Shown: in pieces, positions 19,685-28,387 of the stretch
How positions within the stretch are numbered: position 1 is the stretch's first letter
How the letters are laid out: each line of letters opens with the position of its first letter
Assembly (NCBI GenBank): GCA_963789055.1
Contig: CAWBJE010000002.1
Coordinates: 304,563 to 368,562 of the forward strand
Reading direction: 5' to 3'
DNA length: 64,000 bases
Source of the DNA: an uncultured Verrucomicrobiae bacterium
GTDB taxonomy: Bacteria > Verrucomicrobiota > Verrucomicrobiia > Limisphaerales > UBA11358
Program-made: the position numbers and the translations under genes
Notes under the pieces: model-generated
Seen by the model: the letters and a program-made list of their open reading frames with translations, nothing else
The model's database searches: none
What the model was told of the DNA's origin: nothing

Positions 19685-20455
19685 TCAATTTGTCGACTTT
19701 TTGAACAGTCCGCCAAGACTTTTGGTGATACTGTTCACGTTCGAGCCCAGTGATTTTCCGAGGTCCTTGCCCATTGTCTGTGCGTTCTTGCCGATGTCGG
19801 TGGCAGCACTCCCAACCGCCTTGATGGTGGATGTGGTAATGGCATCGAGCACCCGACGGGTCAGATCCGCGGCGGTGATACCGTCCTTGTCCTTGCCCAA
19901 GTCAGTCAGATGAATGTCCGGCAGCGGCAGGATGACCCCGTTGAAATTGACCTTGGCGCCGGTGATTAAAAACTCGTCGACCTCAATTTTCTTGCCGGGT
20001 TTTTGGGCTGCCTTGGTGGTGGTATTTGTGGTCGCCGTCTCGCTGCTCTTGGCGGCGGCGTTGACGTTTTTCAGGATGGTGTTGAGATTGTTCGCGCCAA
20101 AAGGGTTGCCCTCAAAGGTTATCTCCGGCGCTTCCACACGCACCGAACGCACAATAATTTTGTCCGATAAAACCGAAAAGGGGTTCACGCCCACGGCAGC
20201 GGAACCGACGCTGATGGCTTGAGGAGTTTTGTATCCTTCCGGGTTGCCGACAATAAGGCCCTTAATCCCTGCGGAGCCGGTCAGCAAGGACAAATTCACC
20301 TTGTCCACCTTGATGGAAACCTGAGTGATTTTCGGACCAATTGTTTCCACGCCCTTTTTGACAATGGCGCCGAGGAAGAAACCCACAACAATCACCGCAA
20401 CAATAATTAAAACCACCAGGACAACGACGATACTCACCAGAATTTTTTTTAGCAT
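19685..20455 (-). CDS. Hypothetical N-terminally anchored protein (AsmA/DUF748-like beginning)
   Basis: 256 aa with the N-terminal TM LVSIVVVLVVLIIVAVIVVGFFLGAIV, then a soluble Gly/Thr/Lys-rich region. The family assignment is weak. Confidence 0.6.
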   Translation of the reverse strand: MLKKILVSIVVVLVVLIIVAVIVVGFFLGAIVKKGVETIGPKITQVSIKVDKVNLSLLTGSAGIKGLIVGNPEGYKTPQAISVGSAAVGVNPFSVLSDKIIVRSVRVEAPEITFEGNPFGANNLNTILKNVNAAAKSSETATTNTTTKAAQKPGKKIEVDEFLITGAKVNFNGVILPLPDIHLTDLGKDKDGITAADLTRRVLDAITTSTIKAVGSAATDIGKNAQTMGKDLGKSLGSNVNSITKSLGGLFKKSTN

Positions 20456-20529
20456 AAATTTTGTCCGGTTAACATTACTCCATTACTCCGCTGTCTGACG
20501 CTGCTTCTCCGGCCAATGGCCGCCCGCTT

Positions 20530-20934
20530 TTAATTCGTCGCGAGTGCCTGGACCAGAGTCACAAAATCGCTCACTTGATACGGCTTGGCCAGAAACCGAT
20601 CCGGCTTGACATCCGCTTTGGTGTAAACGCTTTCGTCCACAGTCCCGCTCAGGAGAACGATTTTTTGCTTTGGATTAATGCGCCTGCACTCGCGGATTAA
20701 ATCCATGCCGGTCATCGAGTGCATCGCATAATCGGTCACGACCAACGCCGGCGGTGGGTTTGCCGCGGAAAATTCCGCCAGCGCTGTTTGCGGATCGCGG
20801 AAGGTCCGCACCCGATAATTCAACGGTTCAAGAATCATCACCGCCATCTCCAGCAACATCGGCTCATCGTCCACGACAAATATCGTGACCGGCGCCTTGT
20901 CAGATGGACTGCCGTTCTTGCTTGTCATAATCAT
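20530..20934 (-). CDS. Single-domain response regulator (CheY-like receiver)
   Basis: IFVVDDEPMLLEMAVMILE ... LVVTDYAMHSMTGMDLI ... KIVLLSGT ... FLAKPYQ. The start was moved to the internal ATG at 20934. Confidence 0.8.
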   Translation of the reverse strand: MIMTSKNGSPSDKAPVTIFVVDDEPMLLEMAVMILEPLNYRVRTFRDPQTALAEFSAANPPPALVVTDYAMHSMTGMDLIRECRRINPKQKIVLLSGTVDESVYTKADVKPDRFLAKPYQVSDFVTLVQALATN

Positions 20935-21082
20935 CAATAAGAAACACCTCTGCCCGCTTGCTGGCAAGTGCGTTTCTAAAAACTTATCCACATTTTACCA
21001 TAAAATTCACATTGCGCCCGGCGAATTCCCGCCGTAGTTTTTCCCCGGCGATTTATTGAGCGCCAAGACAGGGAATTGGTCC

Positions 21083-22312
21083 ATGAAAACGAAACCAACA
21101 CGCGTGACCGCCCGAAAAAAGACAACCACCGGGGTAACCCGCCCGCGCCGCGCCGCCAAATCCAAGGCAGCCGCTGCCTCACGGCCTCGCACCCGCCGTA
21201 AAAAAATCGAAATTCCACCGCTCCTGTTCGAAGGCGATCAGCCGGCACCGCCAGCGGCCAGCGGCCCGGGGCGGAAATTCGCGCTGGGTCCTGTACCGCC
21301 ATCGCAACACTTTGAGACAGCCGAAGCCGAATTGCCCGAAGCTTACGGCACGAAAAAACTTTTTTTGACCGCGCGCGACCCGCATTGGCTTTACGCGCAT
21401 TGGGATTTAACGCGTGAACAGCAGTCGAAGTTCAACGCCCTGTCTGCCCCCGGCCATCTCATCCTGCGCATCTATGCCAGCAAGGTCCAGGGCCATCCGA
21501 TTTGCGATATTCACGTTCATCCGGAATCACGCCACTGGTTCGCCCATGTTGAACGTGCTGGAAATTCCTACGCTGCCGAGCTGGGCTATTATACCACGGC
21601 CCGCCGGTGGACGCGCATCGCTGTTTCCGACGCAACGGTGACGCCATCGGATGCCGTTTCCGCAGAAAGCGGCGTCGAATTTGCCACGATTCCGTTTGAA
21701 TTCCCCTTCGCCCGACTGGTCGAAATCGTCAAATCCGCCGTCCGCGAAAACCTTCCCCTGGCCCAGGCAATCGAAGAGCTTCGTCGTCATGGACATCCCG
21801 AATTACCACGGGTCAAGGGAGCCCAAAGCCCGACCTGGACGCCGCAGCAGGAACAGGCGCTGACCAAGGTCGTCAACATCGACGAAGTGCGCCGCGTCTG
21901 GATGGGTTCGCTCGAAATCACCGAGTTGATCCGGCGCCGGCTCGCCCACGAAATTTCGTCTCTCGGCATTTCGAGCCTTTCAAGCTTGTCGAGTCCGTTT
22001 GGGGGCGCTGAACAGCCCAAAGGGTTTTGGTTCAACATCAACGCTGAATTGGTCATTTACGGCGCGACCGAACCAGGAGCCAAAGTTACCCTCGGCGGAC
22101 ATCAAATCAAACTGCGTCCTGACGGTTCGTTCAGTTATCGTTTCGCGTTGCCCGATGGGAAATATGATATGCCCGCCGTGGCAGTTTCCGCCGATGGCAC
22201 GGACGCGCGCGCGGCCGAGTTGAAGTTCAGCCGTGAAACCGAATATCTTGGAGATGTCGGCGCGCATCCGCAGGATCCTGCCCTCAAACCGCCGCTGGCG
22301 GAAAATGTTTGA
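21083..22312 (+). CDS. DUF4912 domain-containing protein
   Basis: A basic N-terminal tail is followed by KKLFLTARDPHWLYAHWDLT, characteristic of DUF4912. The start was set at ATG 21083. Confidence 0.7.
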   Translation: MKTKPTRVTARKKTTTGVTRPRRAAKSKAAAASRPRTRRKKIEIPPLLFEGDQPAPPAASGPGRKFALGPVPPSQHFETAEAELPEAYGTKKLFLTARDPHWLYAHWDLTREQQSKFNALSAPGHLILRIYASKVQGHPICDIHVHPESRHWFAHVERAGNSYAAELGYYTTARRWTRIAVSDATVTPSDAVSAESGVEFATIPFEFPFARLVEIVKSAVRENLPLAQAIEELRRHGHPELPRVKGAQSPTWTPQQEQALTKVVNIDEVRRVWMGSLEITELIRRRLAHEISSLGISSLSSLSSPFGGAEQPKGFWFNINAELVIYGATEPGAKVTLGGHQIKLRPDGSFSYRFALPDGKYDMPAVAVSADGTDARAAELKFSRETEYLGDVGAHPQDPALKPPLAENV

Positions 22313-22315
22313 CCC

Positions 22316-22546
22316 ATGGATACACCACCCCGCGGAGCCTTGATGCTCGTTCGCTTCACCGCTACCGGCCTTATCGGTCTGGGCGTGTTGGAACTCGGTT
22401 TGTATTGCGGCGAATGTTATGTGCATCACCAACCAATCCAAATCTGGCACAGCGTGACTCTCTTCGTCCCTTTTGTGCTGGGTGTCGTAATCCTGGCGCG
22501 GGCCAGGGCGGTCGCCGAATGGATTTCCAACAAATTTGACGCATGA
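22316..22546 (+). CDS. Small two-helix membrane protein (76 aa)
   Basis: It starts 4 nt after the DUF4912 stop and overlaps the GH57 start by 4 nt. Its helices are LMLVRFTATGLIGLGVLELGLY and SVTLFVPFVLGVVILA. Confidence 0.55.
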   Translation: MDTPPRGALMLVRFTATGLIGLGVLELGLYCGECYVHHQPIQIWHSVTLFVPFVLGVVILARARAVAEWISNKFDA

Positions 22547-24138
22547 CCAGCGAGCTTCATCGGCCTCAAGGGTATTTGTCGCTGGTCCTGCACGCACATT
22601 TGCCGTTCGTGCGTCACCCGGAGCATGACAAATTTCTGGAGGAAAGCTGGCTTTTTGAAGCCATCACCGAAACCTATGTTCCGCTGATACAAATCCTCGA
22701 CGGTTGGCGGCGCGATGGCATGGAGACGCCGCTCACGCTCTCGTTCTCGCCCACGCTGTGCACCATGCTGCTCGACCCGCTCCTGCGCGAGCGTTACGAA
22801 CGGCATCTGGACAGTCTCATCGCCCTGGCCGAAAAGGAAATTCACCGCACCCACTGGGACCGCGCCTTTCACGAACTGGCGCGGATGTATCACCGCCGCT
22901 TCAGCGGGGTGCGCGACACCTGGCACGCGTGCGGCGGCGACCTCGTCGGCGCGTTTCGGCAATGCCAGGACGAAGGCCGGATTGAAATCGCCACCAGTGC
23001 CGCGACGCACGCGCTGTTGCCGTTGCTGGCCAATCATTTGCCGTCTCTCCGCGCGCAAGTTCTCATCGCGCGCGACCATTACCGTACTTGTTTCGGACGC
23101 GACCCGCGCGGCATCTGGCTGCCGGAATGCGCCTACGTGGAGGGCGTCGAACAATTTTTGCAGGAGGCGGACATCCGCTGGTTCATTCTCGACACCCACG
23201 GAATTCTTCACGCGCACCCGCGCCCGCGCTTCGGCACCTTTGCGCCGGTTTTCACACCCAATGGCCTTGCCGCGTTCGGCCGCGACTTCGATTCCTCGCG
23301 ACAGGTGTGGAGCAAACAGGAAGGGTACCCGGGAGATGCGCGGTACCGCGATTTCTACCGCGACGTGGGTTTCGATCTGGATTTCGATTACGTGAAACCG
23401 CATCTGCCCTCCCCGGAAAACCGCGGGTTTACAGGCATCAAATACTACCGCATCACCGGCGGCACGGGGGACAAGAAAATTTACCAACGTGACGCGGCGC
23501 TGCAAGTTGCCGCTGAGCACGCCGGGCATTTTCTCAGCGAACGCATCAACCAGGTCGAACGGCTCACCGGCCTTTTGGATCGTCCGCCACTGGCTGTGGC
23601 GCCTTATGACGCAGAATTGTTCGGCCACTGGTGGTATGAGGGGCCGGAATTTCTGGATTACTTTGCGCGCAAACTTTTTTACGACCAGAAAACCGTCGTG
23701 CTCATTACGCCGGGCGAATACCTGCGCCGGTATCCAACCAACCAAATCGCCACTCCCGCCGCGTCGAGCTGGGGCGAGGAGGGTTATTGGCGCGCGTGGC
23801 TGAATGAGAGCAACGAATGGATTTACCCGCACCTGCAGGTCGCGCAGGAATGGATGACCACCCTCGCGCAAAAATATCCGCAGGCAACTGGTTTGAAGGC
23901 GCGGGCGTTGCGCCAGGCCGCGCGCGAACTGCTGCTGGCGCAGGCCAGCGATTGGCCGTTTATCTTGCGTACGGGCACAAGTCCTGATTACGCACGTCGC
24001 CGCGTGAAAGACCATCTGCGCCGTTTTATCACGCTGCACGATCAACTCACCGTCACGAAGGTGGACGAAAAATGGCTGCGGGAAATTGAGTCTCGCGACA
24101 ACCTTTTCCCCGAAGTGGACTGGACCTACTGGAAGTGA
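22543..24138 (+). CDS. Glycoside hydrolase family 57 protein, 1,4-alpha-glucan branching enzyme type (DUF1957 C-terminal region)
   Basis: The N-terminus GYLSLVLHAHLPFVRHPEHDKFLEESWLFEAITETYVPLI is the GH57 branching-enzyme signature; 531 aa. Confidence 0.88.
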   Translation: MTSELHRPQGYLSLVLHAHLPFVRHPEHDKFLEESWLFEAITETYVPLIQILDGWRRDGMETPLTLSFSPTLCTMLLDPLLRERYERHLDSLIALAEKEIHRTHWDRAFHELARMYHRRFSGVRDTWHACGGDLVGAFRQCQDEGRIEIATSAATHALLPLLANHLPSLRAQVLIARDHYRTCFGRDPRGIWLPECAYVEGVEQFLQEADIRWFILDTHGILHAHPRPRFGTFAPVFTPNGLAAFGRDFDSSRQVWSKQEGYPGDARYRDFYRDVGFDLDFDYVKPHLPSPENRGFTGIKYYRITGGTGDKKIYQRDAALQVAAEHAGHFLSERINQVERLTGLLDRPPLAVAPYDAELFGHWWYEGPEFLDYFARKLFYDQKTVVLITPGEYLRRYPTNQIATPAASSWGEEGYWRAWLNESNEWIYPHLQVAQEWMTTLAQKYPQATGLKARALRQAARELLLAQASDWPFILRTGTSPDYARRRVKDHLRRFITLHDQLTVTKVDEKWLREIESRDNLFPEVDWTYWK

Positions 24139-24347
24139 GGGGACAAAAGGGCGTTTTGGCGAGCGGGGTTTACCGGCGATACTGTCAAGGGAACCACACC
24201 TCAGTGTCCAAAATGGAGGAGTAAAACTACTCTGAGCGGGAACCTTTTCTGCATAGTTTGCAAGGATTTACCTTGGTTTTCGCGAATTTTCGGGGTTGTG
24301 GAAAGACGGATTTAAAACCAGGACATCACCTTTAAAAACAGGGGCCA

Positions 24348-24363
24348 AGGCATGGCAATTGCT
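24348..24363 (+). promoter_or_regulatory. Candidate sigma54 (-24/-12) promoter
   Basis: aGGCATGgcaaTTGCT compared with the consensus TGGCACG-N4-TTGCW. GG is at 24349-24350 and GC at 24361-24362, about 92 nt before ATG 24455. Confidence 0.4.
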
Positions 24364-24454
24364 CATATTTTGCAGGCAATTGATTCAATTTCAGGTTTGG
24401 CGTCAATAGACGACACAGATTTTCAATTGCCAGTCAGTCAAGATAGAAAAAGAA

Positions 24455-25222
24455 ATGAAAATTCGTGCGATGCTTGTGGATGATCAGCCAACCGGTTTGT
24501 CGGTGCTGCGCGATATGCTGCACCATTCCGAACCGGACATCGAGATCATCGGGATGATCGCCAGCGGTCGCGAAGCCGTCGAGGCCATCAACTCGCAGGC
24601 GCCCGACCTGGTGTTCCTCGATGTGCAGATGCCCGAGGTGGACGGCTTCGAGGTGGTTGCTCAGATCAAACTTCCGCGGATGCCGGTGATCATCTTTGTG
24701 ACGGGGCGCGACGATCTGGCGTTGAAAGCTTTTGAGGCACACGCGTTGGATTACCTGGTCAAGCCCTGCCAGATGGCCCGCCTGAAATCGGCAGTGCAAC
24801 GCGCCCGGCAGCAAATCCAAGGCAGTCAGAGCGATGAAATTCAGCAAAAGCTGACCGGCTTGCTGGACGACCTGAAGGCCGTTTCGAAATATCCGGAGCG
24901 CCTGGCGGTCAAATCCAACGGTCGGATTGTGTTCCTGCGCCTGACGGACATTGACCTGGCGGAGGCGGCGGACAATTACGTGAAGTTGTACGTCGGTAAG
25001 GACACGCACATGCTACGCGAGACCATGACTGCACTGGAGGAAAAACTACCCCCGGACCGTTTCGTGCGTATCAGCCGTTCGACCATTGTGAATGTTGAAT
25101 CGGTCAAGGAATTGCATCCCATGTTCCATGGCGAATACATGGTCTCATTGCGCAACGGCGCCCGCGTGACACTCACGCGGGGTTATCGGGAACAGCTCCG
25201 CCAATTGGGTGTCATGCCTTGA
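24455..25222 (+). CDS. LytR/AlgR-family response regulator (receiver + LytTR DNA-binding domain)
   Basis: Receiver region MLVDDQP...DLVFLDVQMPEVDGFEV...IIFVTG. LytTR part ERLAVKSNGRIVFLRLTDIDLAEAADNYVKLYVG...FVRISRSTIVN. Confidence 0.9.
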   Translation: MKIRAMLVDDQPTGLSVLRDMLHHSEPDIEIIGMIASGREAVEAINSQAPDLVFLDVQMPEVDGFEVVAQIKLPRMPVIIFVTGRDDLALKAFEAHALDYLVKPCQMARLKSAVQRARQQIQGSQSDEIQQKLTGLLDDLKAVSKYPERLAVKSNGRIVFLRLTDIDLAEAADNYVKLYVGKDTHMLRETMTALEEKLPPDRFVRISRSTIVNVESVKELHPMFHGEYMVSLRNGARVTLTRGYREQLRQLGVMP

Positions 25223-25289
25223 ACTCGACTGGTTGATTTGTATCGGCCGCAGTCCTCGATTTCTTCCTGAATTCCGCCACTTATCAGGC

Positions 25290-25326
25290 GTAATTCACCC
25301 CTAAAATCCCGCAATGTGTCCCTAAT
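25290..25326 (+). promoter_or_regulatory. Copy B of the conserved 37-nt intergenic motif
   Basis: gtaattcacccctaaaatcccgcaatgtgtccctaat ends 99 nt before ATG 25426. Confidence 0.4.
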
Positions 25327-25425
25327 CCATTACGTTTTAGCCTTTTCCTGTTAAATATTTGCATGGGTTGGAGAACCAATCGGGTCGGGGGTTGATACAA
25401 AAATTTTTAAAGCAAGCAGAAAATT

Positions 25426-28185
25426 ATGAAAACGTCCCGGATGTTGATTTTAGTCGGTGTCTTGTTAACGGCTGGGAGTCTGGCCATGTCGGCGCGGGCG
25501 CAGAGCAATCTCGTTTACGCCGCTGAATATAACCAGTCAACCAATCGTTTCGGCATCATCAACCTGTTGAACGGAAATTTTACCCGGATTTCATCCCTCG
25601 GTTCGGCGTTGATCAATGACATCGCTTACTGTCCCACCAACGGAATGGTGTACGGCATTTCCAACAGCTCGGTCCTGGTAACTTTCAACAAGACTAACGG
25701 CGCCATCACCCGGGTTGCCAGTCTGAGCGCCAGCAGCATCCAATCATTGGCCTTCCGGCCGAGTGACGGTATGCTCTTCGGCGCCGCGCAGAGCAGGTTG
25801 TACTCGATCAATCCCGTCAACGGAACGGCGACGTCCATCGGGAATTACGGCAGTCCCAAAAATCTCAACAGTAAGGGACAAAACATCCGTTTTGCGCAGG
25901 ACGGCAATCTCTACTTGAGCAACACGAGTACGAACACCGACATTTACCGGATCAACACCACAAGCGGCGCGGCGACATGGATGGGTGAAGCCGTCGGTTA
26001 TCCCTATCTGATGTTGCAAAACGCGAGTTCGAACATGTACGGCGTTTACATCAATTTGGGATCTTCCACCAACCCGGCACCCAAGCTGGTGACTTTCAAT
26101 CTGAACGGCTTTGTGAACGGCGGCACCAACGCCAATGGCACGACCAACCAGATCATTCCCATCCTGGTGGGCGCCGGCACCAACTTCCCCGCCAATTTCA
26201 ATTTCTCGGGCAATGTTCCCCAGGCAGTCACTAATCTCACCGTGCCGGTGAGCGCGACCGGTCCTTCAAACCAAACGGCCGTGGTGGGAGGCAACGCGGT
26301 GTTCAGCACGACAGCTTCAGGAACCGGCCCGTACACGTATGCATGGTCGAAAAACGGCACGGCCATAAGCGGGCAAACCAATAGCAGCTTCACGTTAAAC
26401 AATGTGACCACCGCCGACGCGACCACCTACAGCGTCATCGTGGGCGGAGCCATGGGAACCGTGACCAACAGCGCGACTTTAACGGTGACCAAGGCCAATG
26501 CCACCATAACCTTGGGTAACCTGAATCAGGTTTACGACGGTACGGCCAAAGCAGCGACTGCGACCACAACCCCGAGTGGGTTGGCGGTGAACTTCACCTA
26601 CAACGGTTCAACGACAGCTCCGACCAGTGCCGGAAGTTACACTGTGGTCGGCACAATCAATGACGCGAATTACCAAGGCACCGCGACCAATACACTGGTC
26701 ATCAACAAGGCTGTGGGCTCAATCTCGCTGGGCAGCCTCAACCAGACTTACAACGGTGCAGCCAAACCGGCAACAGCTACAACTATTCCGGCCGGTTTGG
26801 CGGTGACCTTTACGTACAATGGCTCTGCCACGGTGCCGACTGCCGCTGGTGCCTACACAGTAGTGGGCACAATCAACGACGCCAATTATCAAGGCAGCGC
26901 GACTGGCTCGTTGGTCATTGAAAAAGCAGCCCTGACCATTACTGCGGCAGCTAACATCAAGACTTACGACGGCACCACCAGCGCCGCTGCTCTCCCAACG
27001 ATCAGCGGTCTGCAAGGCTCTGACATGGTTACCGGTTTGGCTGAAATCTATGACAACAAGAACGCTGGTACGGGCAAGACGCTCAGCGTCAGTGCTTACA
27101 CCGTCAATGACGGCAATAACGGCAACAACTACTTGGTCAACACAGCAACCGGCTCGGGGGTCATTAATCCAGCACCACTGACCATCACCGCCACGGCTAA
27201 TACCAAGACCTACGATGGCACCACCAGCGCTGCCGCCATTCCATCCGTCAGTGGTTTGCAGGGTTCCGACTCGGTCACCAGCCTGGCTGAAACTTACGAC
27301 TCAAAGAACGCGAGTACGGGCAAGACGCTCAGCGTCAGTGCCTACACCGTCAACGACGGCAACTCCGGCAGCAACTACACGGTCAACAGCGTTGCGAGCA
27401 CCGCCGGCGTGATTGACCCCGCGACCTTAACCATCACGGCCGTGCCCAACACCAAGACTTACGACGGGACCACCAGTGCCGCGGCCATTCCAACAGTCGG
27501 CGGTCTCCAAGGTTCTGACACCGTCACCGACCTGGCTGAAACTTATGACACCAAAACCGCTGGCGTGGGCAAGACGCTCAGCGTCAGCGCCTACACCATC
27601 CACGATGGCAACAACGGCAACAATTACACTGTCAGTACCACCGGCTCGAGCGGCAACTCCGGACTCTCTCCCCAAAACCTTGTCAATACTGCGGGTGTTA
27701 TCAATCCGGCGCCCCTGTCGGTGACAGCCAACAACAAGACTAAAATTTATGGCATGCAAAATCCGCTGCTGACGGCCAGTTACAGCGGCTTTATCAATGG
27801 GGAAAACGCCAGCGTGTTGTCATCCCCGGCGGTTTTGAGCACCACAGCAACGACCACGAGCGAACCGGGCACATACCCGATTACTGTCGAAGGTGCGGTG
27901 GCGGCCAATTACTCCATCGCCTGCGTGGACGGAACACTCCTTGTCGCTTCGGCTCCACAATTAGCCGGCACCAAAGTCAGCGTCAACGAAACCGAACAAT
28001 ATGTCGTCAGTTATCCAACGGTTTCGGGCCTGACGTATCAACTCGAATACACCACCAGTCTCATGTCCGAATGGACGCCTTTGGGCACGCCGTTTCCGGG
28101 AAACGATGGTATTGTCGCCGTAACGAACAACATCGCTCCCACTCCGCAATGCTTCTTCCGGGTACAAGTGCTGGAAGGGCAATAA
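25426..28185 (+). CDS. Large secreted protein: beta-propeller-like N-terminal region, Ig-like domain, multiple MBG/YDG repeats and a C-terminal ~70-aa module
   Basis: Signal peptide MKTSRMLILVGVLLTAGSLAMSARA. Repeated LY.IN..NG.AT.IG strands are followed by an Ig-like segment (VGGNAVFSTTASGTGPYTYAWSKNG...ATYSV). Then come two NQ.Y.G.AK..TATT repeats and three KTYDGTTSAAA...TGKTLSVSAYTVNDGN repeats. Confidence 0.85.
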   Translation: MKTSRMLILVGVLLTAGSLAMSARAQSNLVYAAEYNQSTNRFGIINLLNGNFTRISSLGSALINDIAYCPTNGMVYGISNSSVLVTFNKTNGAITRVASLSASSIQSLAFRPSDGMLFGAAQSRLYSINPVNGTATSIGNYGSPKNLNSKGQNIRFAQDGNLYLSNTSTNTDIYRINTTSGAATWMGEAVGYPYLMLQNASSNMYGVYINLGSSTNPAPKLVTFNLNGFVNGGTNANGTTNQIIPILVGAGTNFPANFNFSGNVPQAVTNLTVPVSATGPSNQTAVVGGNAVFSTTASGTGPYTYAWSKNGTAISGQTNSSFTLNNVTTADATTYSVIVGGAMGTVTNSATLTVTKANATITLGNLNQVYDGTAKAATATTTPSGLAVNFTYNGSTTAPTSAGSYTVVGTINDANYQGTATNTLVINKAVGSISLGSLNQTYNGAAKPATATTIPAGLAVTFTYNGSATVPTAAGAYTVVGTINDANYQGSATGSLVIEKAALTITAAANIKTYDGTTSAAALPTISGLQGSDMVTGLAEIYDNKNAGTGKTLSVSAYTVNDGNNGNNYLVNTATGSGVINPAPLTITATANTKTYDGTTSAAAIPSVSGLQGSDSVTSLAETYDSKNASTGKTLSVSAYTVNDGNSGSNYTVNSVASTAGVIDPATLTITAVPNTKTYDGTTSAAAIPTVGGLQGSDTVTDLAETYDTKTAGVGKTLSVSAYTIHDGNNGNNYTVSTTGSSGNSGLSPQNLVNTAGVINPAPLSVTANNKTKIYGMQNPLLTASYSGFINGENASVLSSPAVLSTTATTTSEPGTYPITVEGAVAANYSIACVDGTLLVASAPQLAGTKVSVNETEQYVVSYPTVSGLTYQLEYTTSLMSEWTPLGTPFPGNDGIVAVTNNIAPTPQCFFRVQVLEGQ
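26926..27708 (+). repeat. Three tandem coding repeats of about 246-288 bp (82-96 aa each)
   Basis: The units start at 26926, 27172 and 27421. Each encodes LTITA..N.KTYDGTTSAAA.P...GLQGSD.VT.LAE.YD.K.A..GKTLSVSAYT..DGN.G.NY.V. Confidence 0.85.
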
Positions 28186-28218
28186 ATTTGTTTGGTAGCT
28201 GTTGTTGGGTTGTTCGAA

Positions 28219-28258
28219 GACTTCCGCCGGGGGCAACTTGGACGGCGGAAGTCGTTTT
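28219..28258 (+). terminator. Candidate intrinsic terminator after the 919-aa gene
   Basis: A perfect 10-bp stem GACTTCCGCC / GGCGGAAGTC with a 15-nt loop is followed by GTTTT. The U tract is short. Confidence 0.4.
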
Positions 28259-28387
28259 AATGGCACGGAGAGACGCAAAACATCACCGATTTACGCCAGT
28301 CTCCTCCAGCCTTGCATCTATACCGCTCGGTTAGGCGGATTTACAGTTGCCACCCGCGTGTGGCGGTTTAGAGTGTTCAACGTGCAA

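Noticed and set aside
22426-24045. 539-aa ORF on the minus strand
   Set aside because: It is antisense to the GH57 gene, whose N-terminal signature is clear. The translation is Arg-rich with no motif.
26480-27708. MBG tandem repeats considered as a diversity-generating retroelement target
   Set aside because: The window has no reverse transcriptase and no non-coding template repeat. The differences between units are not restricted to adenine-templated positions.
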